Positions 9,540 through 21,127 of a DNA stretch of 62,427 bases are shown here, in pieces. The stretch's first letter is position 1. Every line of letters starts with the position of its first letter. The notes under the pieces were generated by a model. That model searched no databases and was not told the origin of the DNA. It saw only the letters and a program-made list of their open reading frames with translations. The position numbers were made by a program, and so were the translations under genes. The DNA comes from Kofleriaceae bacterium (GTDB taxonomy: Bacteria; Myxococcota_A; Polyangia; Haliangiales; Haliangiaceae): the NCBI GenBank assembly GCA_046597055.1, contig JBKJLC010000040.1, forward strand, positions 1-62,427, in the 5' to 3' direction.

Positions 9540-10425
9540 CAAAGTGATCGGCGGCCCCGCGTTCCCCACCGCGGGGGTCTTGCTCGAGCGCCATGGTCTG
9601 CGCGCGAAGAAGCACTTCGGCCAGAACTTCCTCACGTCCGAGCGGGTGTTCCGCGCGATCGTCGACGCCACCGTGCGGAGCGACGACGACTGGATCGTCG
9701 AGGTCGGCGCCGGCCTGGGCACCCTGACCGCGCGGCTCGCCGAGCGGGTGCCCGAGGGCAAGCTGATCGCGCTCGAACGCGATCCCGACATGGTCAAGGT
9801 GCTGCAGACCGAGCTCGGTCACCTCGACAACGTGCAGATCGAGGCGGTCGACGCGCTCCGCTATGATCTGGTCGCGGCGGCCCGCTGGCGCGGCGACCCG
9901 ATCACCGTGTGCGGCAACCTGCCCTATCACATCGCCGCGCCCATCATCTTCCGCGCGTGCGCAGCGCGCGCCCATGTCACCCGCGCGGTGGTGATGGTGC
10001 AGAAGGAGATGGCCGACCGCATCGTCGCCGGACCCGGCAGCAAGACCTACGGCGCGATGGGCGTGATGCTGCAGAGCTTCGCGAAGTGTCGGCTGGTGTG
10101 CAACGCGCCGTCCGGGGCGTTCACCCCGGCGCCCAAGGTCGACTCGGCGGTGGTCCAGCTCGACTTCACCGCGCCGCCCGAGCTCGACCTGCCCGAGGAG
10201 GAGCACTACCGCAGCGTGGTGCACGCCGCGTTCGGGCAGCGCCGCAAGACCTTGCGCAACGCCCTGCGCGCGATCTACGCGGATGAGGCGGTGCTGGCCG
10301 CGCTGGCAACCACGGCGATCGACGGCGGCCGGCGAGGCGAGACCCTCTCGCTGGTCGAGTTCGCGGCGCTCGCCCGCGCGATTCCGCCGGCGGCCCAGGT
10401 CGGCATCGTGGTCGAGGAGCACTGA
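9529..10425 (+). CDS. rsmA: 16S rRNA m6,2A dimethyltransferase (KsgA)
   Basis: KKHFGQNFL, EVGAGLGTLT, GNLPYHI, MVQKEMADR, PAPKVDS, QRRKTLRN. Confidence 0.97.
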   Translation: MPPDKVIGGPAFPTAGVLLERHGLRAKKHFGQNFLTSERVFRAIVDATVRSDDDWIVEVGAGLGTLTARLAERVPEGKLIALERDPDMVKVLQTELGHLDNVQIEAVDALRYDLVAAARWRGDPITVCGNLPYHIAAPIIFRACAARAHVTRAVVMVQKEMADRIVAGPGSKTYGAMGVMLQSFAKCRLVCNAPSGAFTPAPKVDSAVVQLDFTAPPELDLPEEEHYRSVVHAAFGQRRKTLRNALRAIYADEAVLAALATTAIDGGRRGETLSLVEFAALARAIPPAAQVGIVVEEH

Positions 10426-10447
10426 GCGCGTGGCGGAGCGACCGTAG

Positions 10448-11284
10448 ATGCCCGAGCTACCCGAGGTCGAGTCAGTCCGGCGCTCGCTCACGCGGCGCAA
10501 GCTGCGGGGACGCCGCATCGTCCGCGTGCGCTCGAGCGGTAAGCCGCTGCGGTTGGCCCGGGCCCAGCCGCTGCTGGCCCTGCGGCGGGCGGCGCGCGGC
10601 CGGACGATCACGGCGATCCGACGGATCGGCAAGTACCTGCTGCTCGACGTCGACGGGCCGTCGACGATCCTGGTGCACCTCGGCATGAGCGGCAACCTGC
10701 TGGTGGTGCCGCGCAGCACGCCCTGGGTCACCCACACCCACGTGGTCTTCGAGCTCGACGACGGTCGTGACCTGCGCTTCGTCGATCCGCGCCGGTTCGG
10801 GCTGGTCGACGTCATCAACCGCAGCAAGGAGCGTGAGCACCCGTGCCTGGCGGTGCTCGGCCCCGACCCGATCTCCGACCGCATGCCAGCCGACCACCTG
10901 TTCCACCGGGCGAACGGCCGCACCGCGTCGGTGAAGTCGTTCTTGCTCGACCAGGGCGTGCTGGCCGGGGTCGGCAACATCTATGCATCGGAGGCGCTGT
11001 GGCTGGCCCAGGTGTCGCCGTCGCGGCCGGCGGGCCGGCTCGGGCTCGACGGGGCGCGGGCGTTGACGCTCGCGGTCTCGGAGGTGCTGACGTTCGCGAT
11101 CGAGAACGGCGGGACCACGCTGCGCGACTTCGTCGGGGCCGACGGCGAGCCCGGCGAGAATGGCGAATACCTGCTCGTCTATGGCCGCGCCGGCAAGCCG
11201 TGCAGCCGCTGTCGGGCGACCATCAAGCGAAGCGTGATTCAGGGACGCGCTACCTTCTTCTGCCCGACGTGTCAGAGACGTTGA
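10448..11284 (+). CDS. mutM: Formamidopyrimidine-DNA glycosylase
   Basis: MPELPEVE, HLGMSG, DPRRFG, GVGNIYASE, C4 zinc finger CSRC..CPTCQ. Confidence 0.97.
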   Translation: MPELPEVESVRRSLTRRKLRGRRIVRVRSSGKPLRLARAQPLLALRRAARGRTITAIRRIGKYLLLDVDGPSTILVHLGMSGNLLVVPRSTPWVTHTHVVFELDDGRDLRFVDPRRFGLVDVINRSKEREHPCLAVLGPDPISDRMPADHLFHRANGRTASVKSFLLDQGVLAGVGNIYASEALWLAQVSPSRPAGRLGLDGARALTLAVSEVLTFAIENGGTTLRDFVGADGEPGENGEYLLVYGRAGKPCSRCRATIKRSVIQGRATFFCPTCQRR

Positions 11285-11406
11285 CGGTCTAACCGGCATG
11301 CCCCGATGGTGATAGTCTCGAACCTGGTGGCGGGGCCTTCCCCGTCGCGCGCAGGCCGCAACCGACGGGAAGTCCTGCCCGAGCTGAAGGGACGCCGAGC
11401 GCCGCG

Positions 11407-12009
11407 ATGTTGACTGGAGAGGCCGACGAAGACCTGATGGTCAAGTACCAGGCGGGTGAGGTGCGCGCGTTCGAGATCTTGCTCACGCGCCACCGCAGGC
11501 CTGTCTACAACTTCGTGCTGCGCTTCGTCGGCGACAAGGAGACCGCGGAGGACCTGCTCCAGGAAACCTTCATGCGGGTGATCAAGGGCGCCGATGCCTA
11601 CAAGCGTCAGGCGAAGTTCACGACGTGGCTTTACACCATTGCCAGGAACCTGTGCGTTGACCAGACGAGGCGGCGGAAGCATCGCCGGCACGCCTCGCTC
11701 GACGCACCCATGTCAGCCGACGAAGAAAGCGGAACGCTCCTCGACGTGATCCCCTCGAAGGAGATGGGCTCCGATCGCAAGACCGTGAACAAGGAGCTCA
11801 ACGCGCGGATGCAGGGCGCGATCGCCGCGCTCGGCGAGGAGCAGCGCGAGGTGTTCCTCATGCGCGAGTTCCTCGACATGCCGTTCAAGCAGATCGCCGA
11901 TGTGGTCGGCGTGCCCGAGAACACGGTGAAGAGCCGCATGCGCTATGCGCTCGAGAAGCTGCGGCTCGATCTCGAGGAGTACAAGGACCTCGCCAAGGCG
12001 GTCCCGTAG
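11407..12009 (+). CDS. ECF RNA polymerase sigma factor
   Basis: Region 2 AEDLLQETFMRV..FTTWLYTIARNLCVD; region 4 FKQIADVVGVPENTVKSRMRYA. Confidence 0.93.
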   Translation: MLTGEADEDLMVKYQAGEVRAFEILLTRHRRPVYNFVLRFVGDKETAEDLLQETFMRVIKGADAYKRQAKFTTWLYTIARNLCVDQTRRRKHRRHASLDAPMSADEESGTLLDVIPSKEMGSDRKTVNKELNARMQGAIAALGEEQREVFLMREFLDMPFKQIADVVGVPENTVKSRMRYALEKLRLDLEEYKDLAKAVP

Positions 12010-12014
12010 CGGAC

Positions 12015-12998
12015 ATGGACACGCGGGACGCAATCTCGCCGGCCGAGCGTGCCGCGCTCGAGGCGCTTTACGGCGAGACCGAGGACGAGCCGGGCGCCAC
12101 CGCGGGCGCGACCGAGCTGATCGCTGGCTGGCAGCCAGTGCGCGCGGCGGTCGCGATGGCCCGCGACGGGGGCTTCGACGAGGAGCCACCGGCCCGGCTC
12201 GACGCCCTCCTGCTGGCGGCCGCACGCCAGGCCGCGCCCGCACCGCGGCCCGGCTGGGCGGCGCGCCTGCGCGCGTGGCTGGTGCCGGCGTTCGCGCATC
12301 CGGCGCTCGCCGGCGCCGCGGCGCTGGTCGTGGTTGGCGGCACCGCCGGGGTGCTCTACCTGCGCGGTCAGGGGCAGATCGTGCAGCCCCGGCTGGGACG
12401 GGATGGGGAGGCGACGCCGCGTGCGCCAGGCGGCAGCGGGACCGCCACGATCACCCCCGTCGAACCGGGCGCGCTGGCGCCGATGCGGGAGGGCGCGCGG
12501 CCGCCCATCGGTGAGGTGGCGGTGCCAGAGTTGCCGTCCGAGCCCAGCGGCGAACGTCCGGGGCCGCCGTCCCGCCTCCGGCCGCGCAGTGGCGTGGGCT
12601 CCAGCGCGGATCGCGAGGTGAACCTGCCGATCGTGCGCGGCAGCGCGCCTGGCGTCGGTGGATCCGCGGACCTCGAGGAGCGCCGCGGCAGGGTCGAGGT
12701 CCGAGAGACCGCGCCGGCAGATGTGTCGGCCGGCGCTCCGGCGGGGACCCCCGAGGATCCGGCGGCGCCAGTGCCGGACGTGACCGCGACGGCGGGCGTC
12801 GCGGACAAGGTCGCGGACGACGGCCGGCGGCAGGCCCTCGTGCACGTCGAGCAGCTGACGCGCCAGGCCCGGACCGCCGCGGGCAACGGAGACTGCGGGG
12901 CGGTCAAGGTGATCTCGGCGCGGGTGAAGAAGCTCGCGGCCGAGTACCACCGCGACTCGTTCGTCACCGACCCGGCGATCGCGCGCTGTCTGCGCTGA
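12015..12998 (+). CDS. Putative membrane-anchored anti-sigma factor
   Basis: Directly after the ECF sigma; EEPPARLDALLLAAAR, one TM (ALAGAAALVVVGGTAGVLYL), Pro-rich outer part with a C-terminal Cys pair. Confidence 0.7.
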   Translation: MDTRDAISPAERAALEALYGETEDEPGATAGATELIAGWQPVRAAVAMARDGGFDEEPPARLDALLLAAARQAAPAPRPGWAARLRAWLVPAFAHPALAGAAALVVVGGTAGVLYLRGQGQIVQPRLGRDGEATPRAPGGSGTATITPVEPGALAPMREGARPPIGEVAVPELPSEPSGERPGPPSRLRPRSGVGSSADREVNLPIVRGSAPGVGGSADLEERRGRVEVRETAPADVSAGAPAGTPEDPAAPVPDVTATAGVADKVADDGRRQALVHVEQLTRQARTAAGNGDCGAVKVISARVKKLAAEYHRDSFVTDPAIARCLR

Positions 12999-13062
12999 GC
13001 GTCGGCGCGCGCGCGCCTGTGGGGCGCATCGCCTGGCAGTCGGCCCTCAGGATCCCGCCCAT

Positions 13063-13299
13063 CTTTCCCGGGGTCTCTGAGCCAGGGCGAGCGCACGCGA
13101 GCCCGCCGTCGAAGGGCAGCCCGTCGAAGATCACGTGCGGCTCCTTGCCGCTCTGCCCTTCGACGCGGCGCCTTCGGCGCCGACTCAGGGCCACCGGGAA
13201 AGGGTGAGCGCTTCCGATCACATGGAGACTTGTGATCAATCCCGAGGTCGGCACTTCGACACGGCGCCGGCGGCGCCGGCTCAGGGCCACCGGGAAAGG
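13063..13299. repeat. REP-like palindrome cluster (CTTCGAC-hairpin-CTCAGGGCCACCGGGAAAGG)
   Basis: Direct copies at 13156-13203 and 13254-13299, inverted copy at 13063-13117, between convergent genes. Confidence 0.8.
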
Positions 13300-13306
13300 T
13301 GTGCGA

Positions 13307-13957
13307 TCAGATCTCGGTGGACCAGGAGCGGCGGGTCTCGGGCGGCAGGTCGCCGTGTCGTTCGCGGTAGGCGCGGAGGAAGGCGCGGGTCGGCGGGTTG
13401 AGGTAGCCCCCGCCGGCGACGTCGCCAAAGTCGGCGCGCCAGCGGTCGCAGAGGACGGCGAAGCGGCGGTCGCGCTCGTCCTTGGCCACGATCGAGGCGG
13501 CGGCGACGGCGGCATGGCGTGACTCGCCGCGGTCGTAGGCTCGCAGGGCGGGATACTCGGCGCGGAGGGCGCTGAACAGCTTCTGGCCGTCGGCGAAGAT
13601 CCGCTTGCAGTCGGGGGCGCGCTGCAGCATGCGGCGGGCGCACTCGCGCTCGAGGACGTTGAGCTCGCCGTTGGCCACGCGGGCGTCGATCTCGGGGGCC
13701 TCGACGACCTCGATCGCCACGAAGGTCGCGTGAAGGCGGACCATCGCGGCCAGGGTCGCGCGGCGGGCTCGGGCCTCGGGGCCGGTGAACTTCTTGGAGT
13801 CGGTCAGGCCGGCGCGGGTCAGCGCGCGCGATGCCCGAGCGTCGAGGGCGACCGCGGCCAGCACCATCGGTCCCAGAATCGGGCCGCGGCCCGCCTCGTC
13901 GATGCCGAGGGTCAGGGGCGGCGGCGCCGGCAGCGTCGGTGCGGGGATGCCCGGCAT
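13307..13957 (-). CDS. rnhB: Ribonuclease HII
   Basis: GIDEAGRGPILGPMV, TDSKK, VAAASIVAK. Start 13957 (13987 possible). Confidence 0.92.
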   Translation of the reverse strand: MPGIPAPTLPAPPPLTLGIDEAGRGPILGPMVLAAVALDARASRALTRAGLTDSKKFTGPEARARRATLAAMVRLHATFVAIEVVEAPEIDARVANGELNVLERECARRMLQRAPDCKRIFADGQKLFSALRAEYPALRAYDRGESRHAAVAAASIVAKDERDRRFAVLCDRWRADFGDVAGGGYLNPPTRAFLRAYRERHGDLPPETRRSWSTEI

Positions 13958-14045
13958 GCCGAGCTGTTCACGTGAGGTTGGGGGCATGGTCGGGACGCGA
14001 TGCGCGCGGCACGCGGTGCGGACAGGATGCGAGGCGTGCGCACGG

Positions 14046-16885
14046 TCAGGATGCGATGCGGTCGGCGAGCTCGTCGAGGGCGCGGACGAGGCCGACCTCG
14101 AGGTCGAAGCACGCCACGTCCGCCCGCCTCGCGTCAAGGGCGAGCGCGGTCGCTGCGTGACCGAGGGCATCGGTGCCGGCGCGTGCCAGGGGCTCGGCGA
14201 CCAGGCGCTCGAGATCGGGCGCGGCGCGAAACAGCGCGTGGTGCACCACGTCCTGTTCGAGCGAGAGCTTGGGCAGGTCGTTGCGGAAGAAGGCGTCGAC
14301 GGCACCGCCGGCGAGGTAGCCCGACACGTACGCGCGCGCCCGGGTGAGGGGCGCGCATACGGCCGCCATGGTGGCGGTGGCGCTACCGGTGGCCGCGGCG
14401 GCCAGCAGGGGCCGGACCGCCGCAGCCACCTCGGCCTCGGCCTCGCGCAGCATCGCCTCGTAGCCGTCATCGAGGAGGGCGACCAGGTAGTCGCGATCGG
14501 CCGGGGTCGCCGAGTGGCTGCCGAACGGCAGCTGGCGGGGCCGCACCAGCTCGATGACCTCGCGGGCGGCCCGCTGGTAGAGCGCCGCGGCGCGCTCGGC
14601 GATCGTGCGCCGCACCGGCGCCACCACGTCGTCGGCGAAGCGGCCGGCGGCCGAGGCGAGGTCGTCGCGTCGGGCTTCGAGCGCGGTGACCGCGGCCTCG
14701 AAGCGCTCCCGGTCGCGGCCGAGCGCGGTCCGGGCGTCGGTGATCACGGAGGTGAGCCGGCGGGCGCACGCGCCGCGCTTGATCTGGCGGGCCTGGGCGA
14801 AGAAGCGCTCCTCGAGCGCGCCGGCCAGGGCGGCCCAGTTGCCGTCGTCGCCGCCGCGGCTGCCGCCGTTCTTCCACGCGAGCGCGCGCCGGGCCGAGAA
14901 CGGCACCACGACCTCGACCCGGTCCTCGAGCTGGGTGGCGACGTGGGCGATGACCTCGGCGACCTCGCGGTCGCTGAGCTGGTCGCGCTTGTTGAGCACG
15001 CCGAGCACGCGCTTGCCCTGCGCGTGGATCGCGTCGAGCGCCTTGCGCTCGCTGGCCTTGCCGCCCTGACCGGCGGTGAACACCCACACGACCGCGTCGG
15101 CCCGCGCGATGAAGCCGCGGGCGGTGTCCTCGTGCTCGGGGAGGATCGAGTTGAGCCCGGGGGTGTCGACGATGTGCACCTTGGCCAGGTGGTCGAGCGG
15201 CAGGAAGATCTCGACTCGATCGACCTCGCGCGCCTCGTCGGGCGTGAGCGCCCGCAGCCGATCGTGGAGCTGGTCCCACGGGACCTCGGTCGCCGAGCCG
15301 TCGCGGCCGCGCAGGCAGCCGCCGCGCTCGTGGCCGTACTTGACGACGTTGATCGTCGCGGTGGTAGGCGTGATGCCGGTGGCGGCGACGTCAGCGCCGA
15401 TGAACGCGTTGACGAACGACGACTTGCCGCTCGAGAACTCGCCCATGACGGTGACCAGCAGCGGCTGATCGAGCAGCGCGGTGGCGCGGGCGACCTCGCC
15501 GACCATGCCGGCCAGGTCGCTCCGGGTCGCGAGGGTCCGCTCGAGCGCGCCGGCGAGCTGCGCGATGTCGTCGACGTCAGGCACCGGCAGCTGGGCGGTG
15601 CGGGCGGCGGCGAGCGCGGCCCGGGCGTGCGGATCGTCGGGGGCGAGGTCGAGCGCGCGGCGGGCGGCGCGGGCGGCCCGGCCGGCGGCCTCGGGGCCGG
15701 GATCGCGCGCGCGCTCCAGCCGCGACTCCTCGATCGCGAGGTCGACCGACGCGGGTGCGGCGGCGAGCAGGCCGGCGGCGGCGTCGAGCTGGCCGCGGTC
15801 GATCAGCTCGGCGGCGCGGGCGGCCAGCGCGATCGGCGAGGTCGGATCGAGCGCGAGCAGATCGTTGGCCCAGCGGACCGCGCGCTCACGCTCGCCAGCG
15901 CGGTGGGCCATGGTCACCGCCGCGATCAGGAGGGCCGGGGTGGACTCGAGCGCGAGCGCGCGCTCGTAGGACGCCAGCGCGGCATGCGGGTTGCCGAGCT
16001 CGCGGTGGAGCCCGGCCAGGCGGGCGTGGAGGCTCGCGCGGCGGGGCTCGAGCTCGAGCGCCTCGAGGTAGCGCTGGTGGGCGCCGGTGAAGTCGCGGCC
16101 GGCCCCGGCGACGTCGCCGAGCCCGAGCAGCGCGTCGGCGAGCTGGGTCCGCCCGACGGGGCCGTGGCTGGCCAGCGACTGGGTGCGGGCCCGCTCGTAC
16201 AGCTCGGCCGCGACGTGGGCGCGGCCATCGGCGAGCTCGAGGTGGGCGAGCGCGAGCAGCGCGGTGGGCGGGGCCTGCAAGGTCTCGATCGCCCGCTCGA
16301 GGTGGCGGCGGGCCTCGCCCGACGAGGTCCGGGTGTCGGCGAGCAGCGCCTCGCCCAGCGCGGTGCGGGCGTCGGTGTCGTCGGGGGCCTCGGCCACCGC
16401 CTTGCGCAGCTCGCGGATCGCCTTGTCGAGATCGCCGAGCCCGCGCCAGGCGCGCCCGAGCGCCAGGTAGGCCGCCGCCAGCAGCCCGCGATCGCCGCCG
16501 GCGCCGTCGACGCCGCGGCCGAGGTAGCCGACCGCGTCCTCGAGGTGACCGCGGGTGACCTCGACCGTGCCCATGCCGATCAGCGCGTGCGGATCGCCGG
16601 GGCGGGCCACCAGCGCGTGGGTGAACGCTTCGGCGGCGCGATCGTGATGGCCGAGCGCGTGCTCGGCCGCGCCCAGGAGGGTCAGGGCCCCGACGTGATC
16701 GGGGCGGTCGCGGAGCATGACCTCGAGCACCTCGACCGCCGCGGCCGGGTCACCGGCCGCGAGCAGCGCGCGCACCTGGGCGAGCTGGTCACGGAAGCCG
16801 TCGAGGATGATCTCGTTGGCCGCGTCCTCCGCCTTGCGCGCGATCCGCGCCATCCAGCCCCGGATGCTGTCGCCCGGGCCCGCCA

Positions 16886-16886
<1 letters not shown>
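14046..16886 (-). CDS. TPR-repeat protein fused to a dynamin-like GTPase
   Basis: Long TPR array, then GEFSSGKS, GITPTT, DTPG, LNKRD. ATG overlaps the upstream TGA (TGATG). Confidence 0.88.
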
Positions 16887-18742
<1,856 letters not shown>

Positions 18743-18749
18743 GGCTCCC

Positions 18750-19622
18750 TCAGAAGACGCTGAGCAGGTCGGAGACCTGGGCATCGATGTCGGTGGTCGA
18801 GGGCTTCCCGGTCGGGTCGCCGCCGGTGACCTGCGCGTAGAGCGCGCCGGCCGCGAACAGGCGCAGCGCGGCGAGGCGCTTGGGCAGGAGCGGATGAGCG
18901 CGGAACAGCTCGCCGACCTTGGCGCGGGTGGTCGGCTCGGCCGGCACCGCGTTCAGGTAGGCGCGCACGTCGATCTCGGGGCCCACGCCGAGCTCCAGCT
19001 TGACCAGCGCCGCCATGGTGGCGTCGAGGTTGCGGGAGGCGAGCAGCGCGGCGCGGTCGCAGGTGATCTCGGCGCGGCGGGCCCACGCCTTGAGCGCCAT
19101 CATCGCCGGCTGGATCATCCAGCGCACGAAGAAGACCGCCGCGTGCGAGAGGTAATGCTGCGCGGTCACGTAGACGACGTGGCCGTTCTGGATACAGCCG
19201 ATCTCGTGACCGAGCACCGCGACCAGCTCGTCGTCAGTGAGGCCGTCGGCGATGTCCTTGCGCAGGACCACGTAGGGTTGGTCGTCGGTGCCGAGCGAGG
19301 TCGCCGGGGTCGGGAAGCTGGGCGGCGCCAGGTACACCGCCGGGGCGTCGACCCGGAGCGCGGTCGCCGCGCGCTTGGCGGCCGCCCACACCCGGGGTGA
19401 TTCCTCGGCGGCGGTGCGCGCGGTGCCGAGCAGCTCGGCCCGGGCCCGATCGTTCCAGAGCCGGGTGGTGGCCTCGATGGCCATGGTCACCGGGCGAGCC
19501 CCGATGAACGTGCGGCGGAGCTTGCGCTCACCGGCGAAGGCGTAGCTCGCGCCGGTCTGCGCTCGCTCGACCACTTCACCGCGGCGCGCCGCCACGTAGC
19601 GCGCGAAGTCGAAATCGACCAT
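18750..19622 (-). CDS. M48-family zinc peptidase-like protein (HExxC variant)
   Basis: DELVAVLGHEIGC, RRAEITCDRAALL, HPLLPKR. Confidence 0.8.
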   Translation of the reverse strand: MVDFDFARYVAARRGEVVERAQTGASYAFAGERKLRRTFIGARPVTMAIEATTRLWNDRARAELLGTARTAAEESPRVWAAAKRAATALRVDAPAVYLAPPSFPTPATSLGTDDQPYVVLRKDIADGLTDDELVAVLGHEIGCIQNGHVVYVTAQHYLSHAAVFFVRWMIQPAMMALKAWARRAEITCDRAALLASRNLDATMAALVKLELGVGPEIDVRAYLNAVPAEPTTRAKVGELFRAHPLLPKRLAALRLFAAGALYAQVTGGDPTGKPSTTDIDAQVSDLLSVF

Positions 19623-19643
19623 GGGCGCAGTATGCACCGAAAT

Positions 19644-20654
19644 CTATGGAGCGCCCGGCGCCGGCCCGGCGTCCGGATCGTGGGGCGCGTCTGGCACCGC
19701 GGGCTCCACGCCGGCGTCGGGCGCGCGGCGGCGCGCCAGGCCGAGCGCGACGAAGCCGATCGCGACCGCCAGCCACAGCGTGGCCAGCCGGGTCAAGATG
19801 GTCGCCGCGGTCGCGGTCCCGGGATCGACCCCGGACGCGTTCTCGACCAGGAGCAGGGTCATCGCGCCCTCGGTCACGCCGAGCCCGCCGGGCAAGAACG
19901 ACAGCGCGCCGGCGATCGTGGTCGCGGCATAAATGAGCATCGCGAGGCCGAGATCGACGTGGGCGCCCGGGAACGCGTTGACGATCATCGCGAAGCCCAG
20001 GCCCTCGCAGCCCCACGCCGCGATCCCGAGCGCGGTCGACCACGCGACCGGGCGGGGCTGGCCGAGCGCGGTCAGGCTGGCATAGACCTCGTGCAGGCGC
20101 GGTCGTAGCGCGGTGAGCCGGCGCGGTCGGGTCAGCAGCTCGATCGTGCGGGTGCCGAGCCCGCGCCACAGCAGGAAGACGAACGCCAGCGCCACCATGC
20201 CGGCGGTGGCCAGCACGACCTCGAGACCGACGCCGTAGGTGGCGACCCCGATCGTCGCCACCACCAGCAGCGCGAGCAGGTCGTTGACCCGCTCGGTGAT
20301 CACGATCCCGGCCGAGCGCGCCACCGGGATCCCGGCCAGGGTCCGCAGGAGGTAGCTCTTGACCAGCTCGCCGAGCTTGCCGGGCGTCACCGCCATGCTG
20401 AACCCGGCCAGGAACACCAGCGCGCTGGTGCCGACCGGGACGACCAGCGCCTGGTGCCGGAGATACCAGTGCCAGCGCACGAAACGCAGGCCGTAGTTGG
20501 CGAGCGCGAGGCCGATCGCGGCCGCGAACGCCCACCAGCGGAAGCCACCCAGACTATCTCCGACCCCGCGCAGGTCTCCGACCAGCACGAACGCCGCCAG
20601 CACCGCGGCTACCGCGAGCACAAGCGCGAGCACCTGGCGCGGGCGAAGTCGCAC
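19644..20654 (-). CDS. Lysylphosphatidylglycerol synthase TM-domain (UPF0104 flippase-like) protein
   Basis: LRFVRW, TPGKLGELVK, ERVNDL, PGGLGVTEG, TRLATLW; multiple TMs; start approximate. Confidence 0.85.
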   Translation of the reverse strand: MRLRPRQVLALVLAVAAVLAAFVLVGDLRGVGDSLGGFRWWAFAAAIGLALANYGLRFVRWHWYLRHQALVVPVGTSALVFLAGFSMAVTPGKLGELVKSYLLRTLAGIPVARSAGIVITERVNDLLALLVVATIGVATYGVGLEVVLATAGMVALAFVFLLWRGLGTRTIELLTRPRRLTALRPRLHEVYASLTALGQPRPVAWSTALGIAAWGCEGLGFAMIVNAFPGAHVDLGLAMLIYAATTIAGALSFLPGGLGVTEGAMTLLLVENASGVDPGTATAATILTRLATLWLAVAIGFVALGLARRRAPDAGVEPAVPDAPHDPDAGPAPGAP

Positions 20655-20720
20655 CGGGGTCGGTGTATCAGGTTTCCCGTCGCTTGACCGAGGTCGTTGC
20701 CAGGCCCTAGCCTCGCTGAC

Positions 20721-21104
20721 ATGGTGAGCAACGCGAGCAAGGCGAAGACGGTCCTCGTGGTCGACGACGACCCCGAGATCCTCGCGATGCTGTCGGCGCG
20801 CCTGGAGAAGCGCGGATACAAGATCCTCACCGCGGTTGACGGCAACGTCGCCCTCGAGGAGGCCCGGCGCAGCCGGCCCGACCTGATCATCCTCGACGTC
20901 ATGATGCCTGGCAAGACCGGCTGGGAGGTCGCCCGCGCCCTCAAGCAGGACCCGGTGACCGAACCGATCAAGGTCGTGATGTTGACCGCGATTGGCGAGC
21001 AGATGAACGAGATGACGTCGCCGCTGTACGGCGCCGACGCGCACTTCGACAAGCCGTTCGACTTCACCGAGCTCGAAGCGAAGATCGCGCAGCTGCTCGG
21101 GTAG
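20721..21104 (+). CDS. Single-domain response regulator
   Basis: VLVVDDD, IILDVMMPG, MLTA, KPF; preceded by TTGACC-N18-TAGCCT. Confidence 0.93.
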   Translation: MVSNASKAKTVLVVDDDPEILAMLSARLEKRGYKILTAVDGNVALEEARRSRPDLIILDVMMPGKTGWEVARALKQDPVTEPIKVVMLTAIGEQMNEMTSPLYGADAHFDKPFDFTELEAKIAQLLG

Positions 21105-21127
21105 CAGCCGCGGACCTCAGCGGTCGA

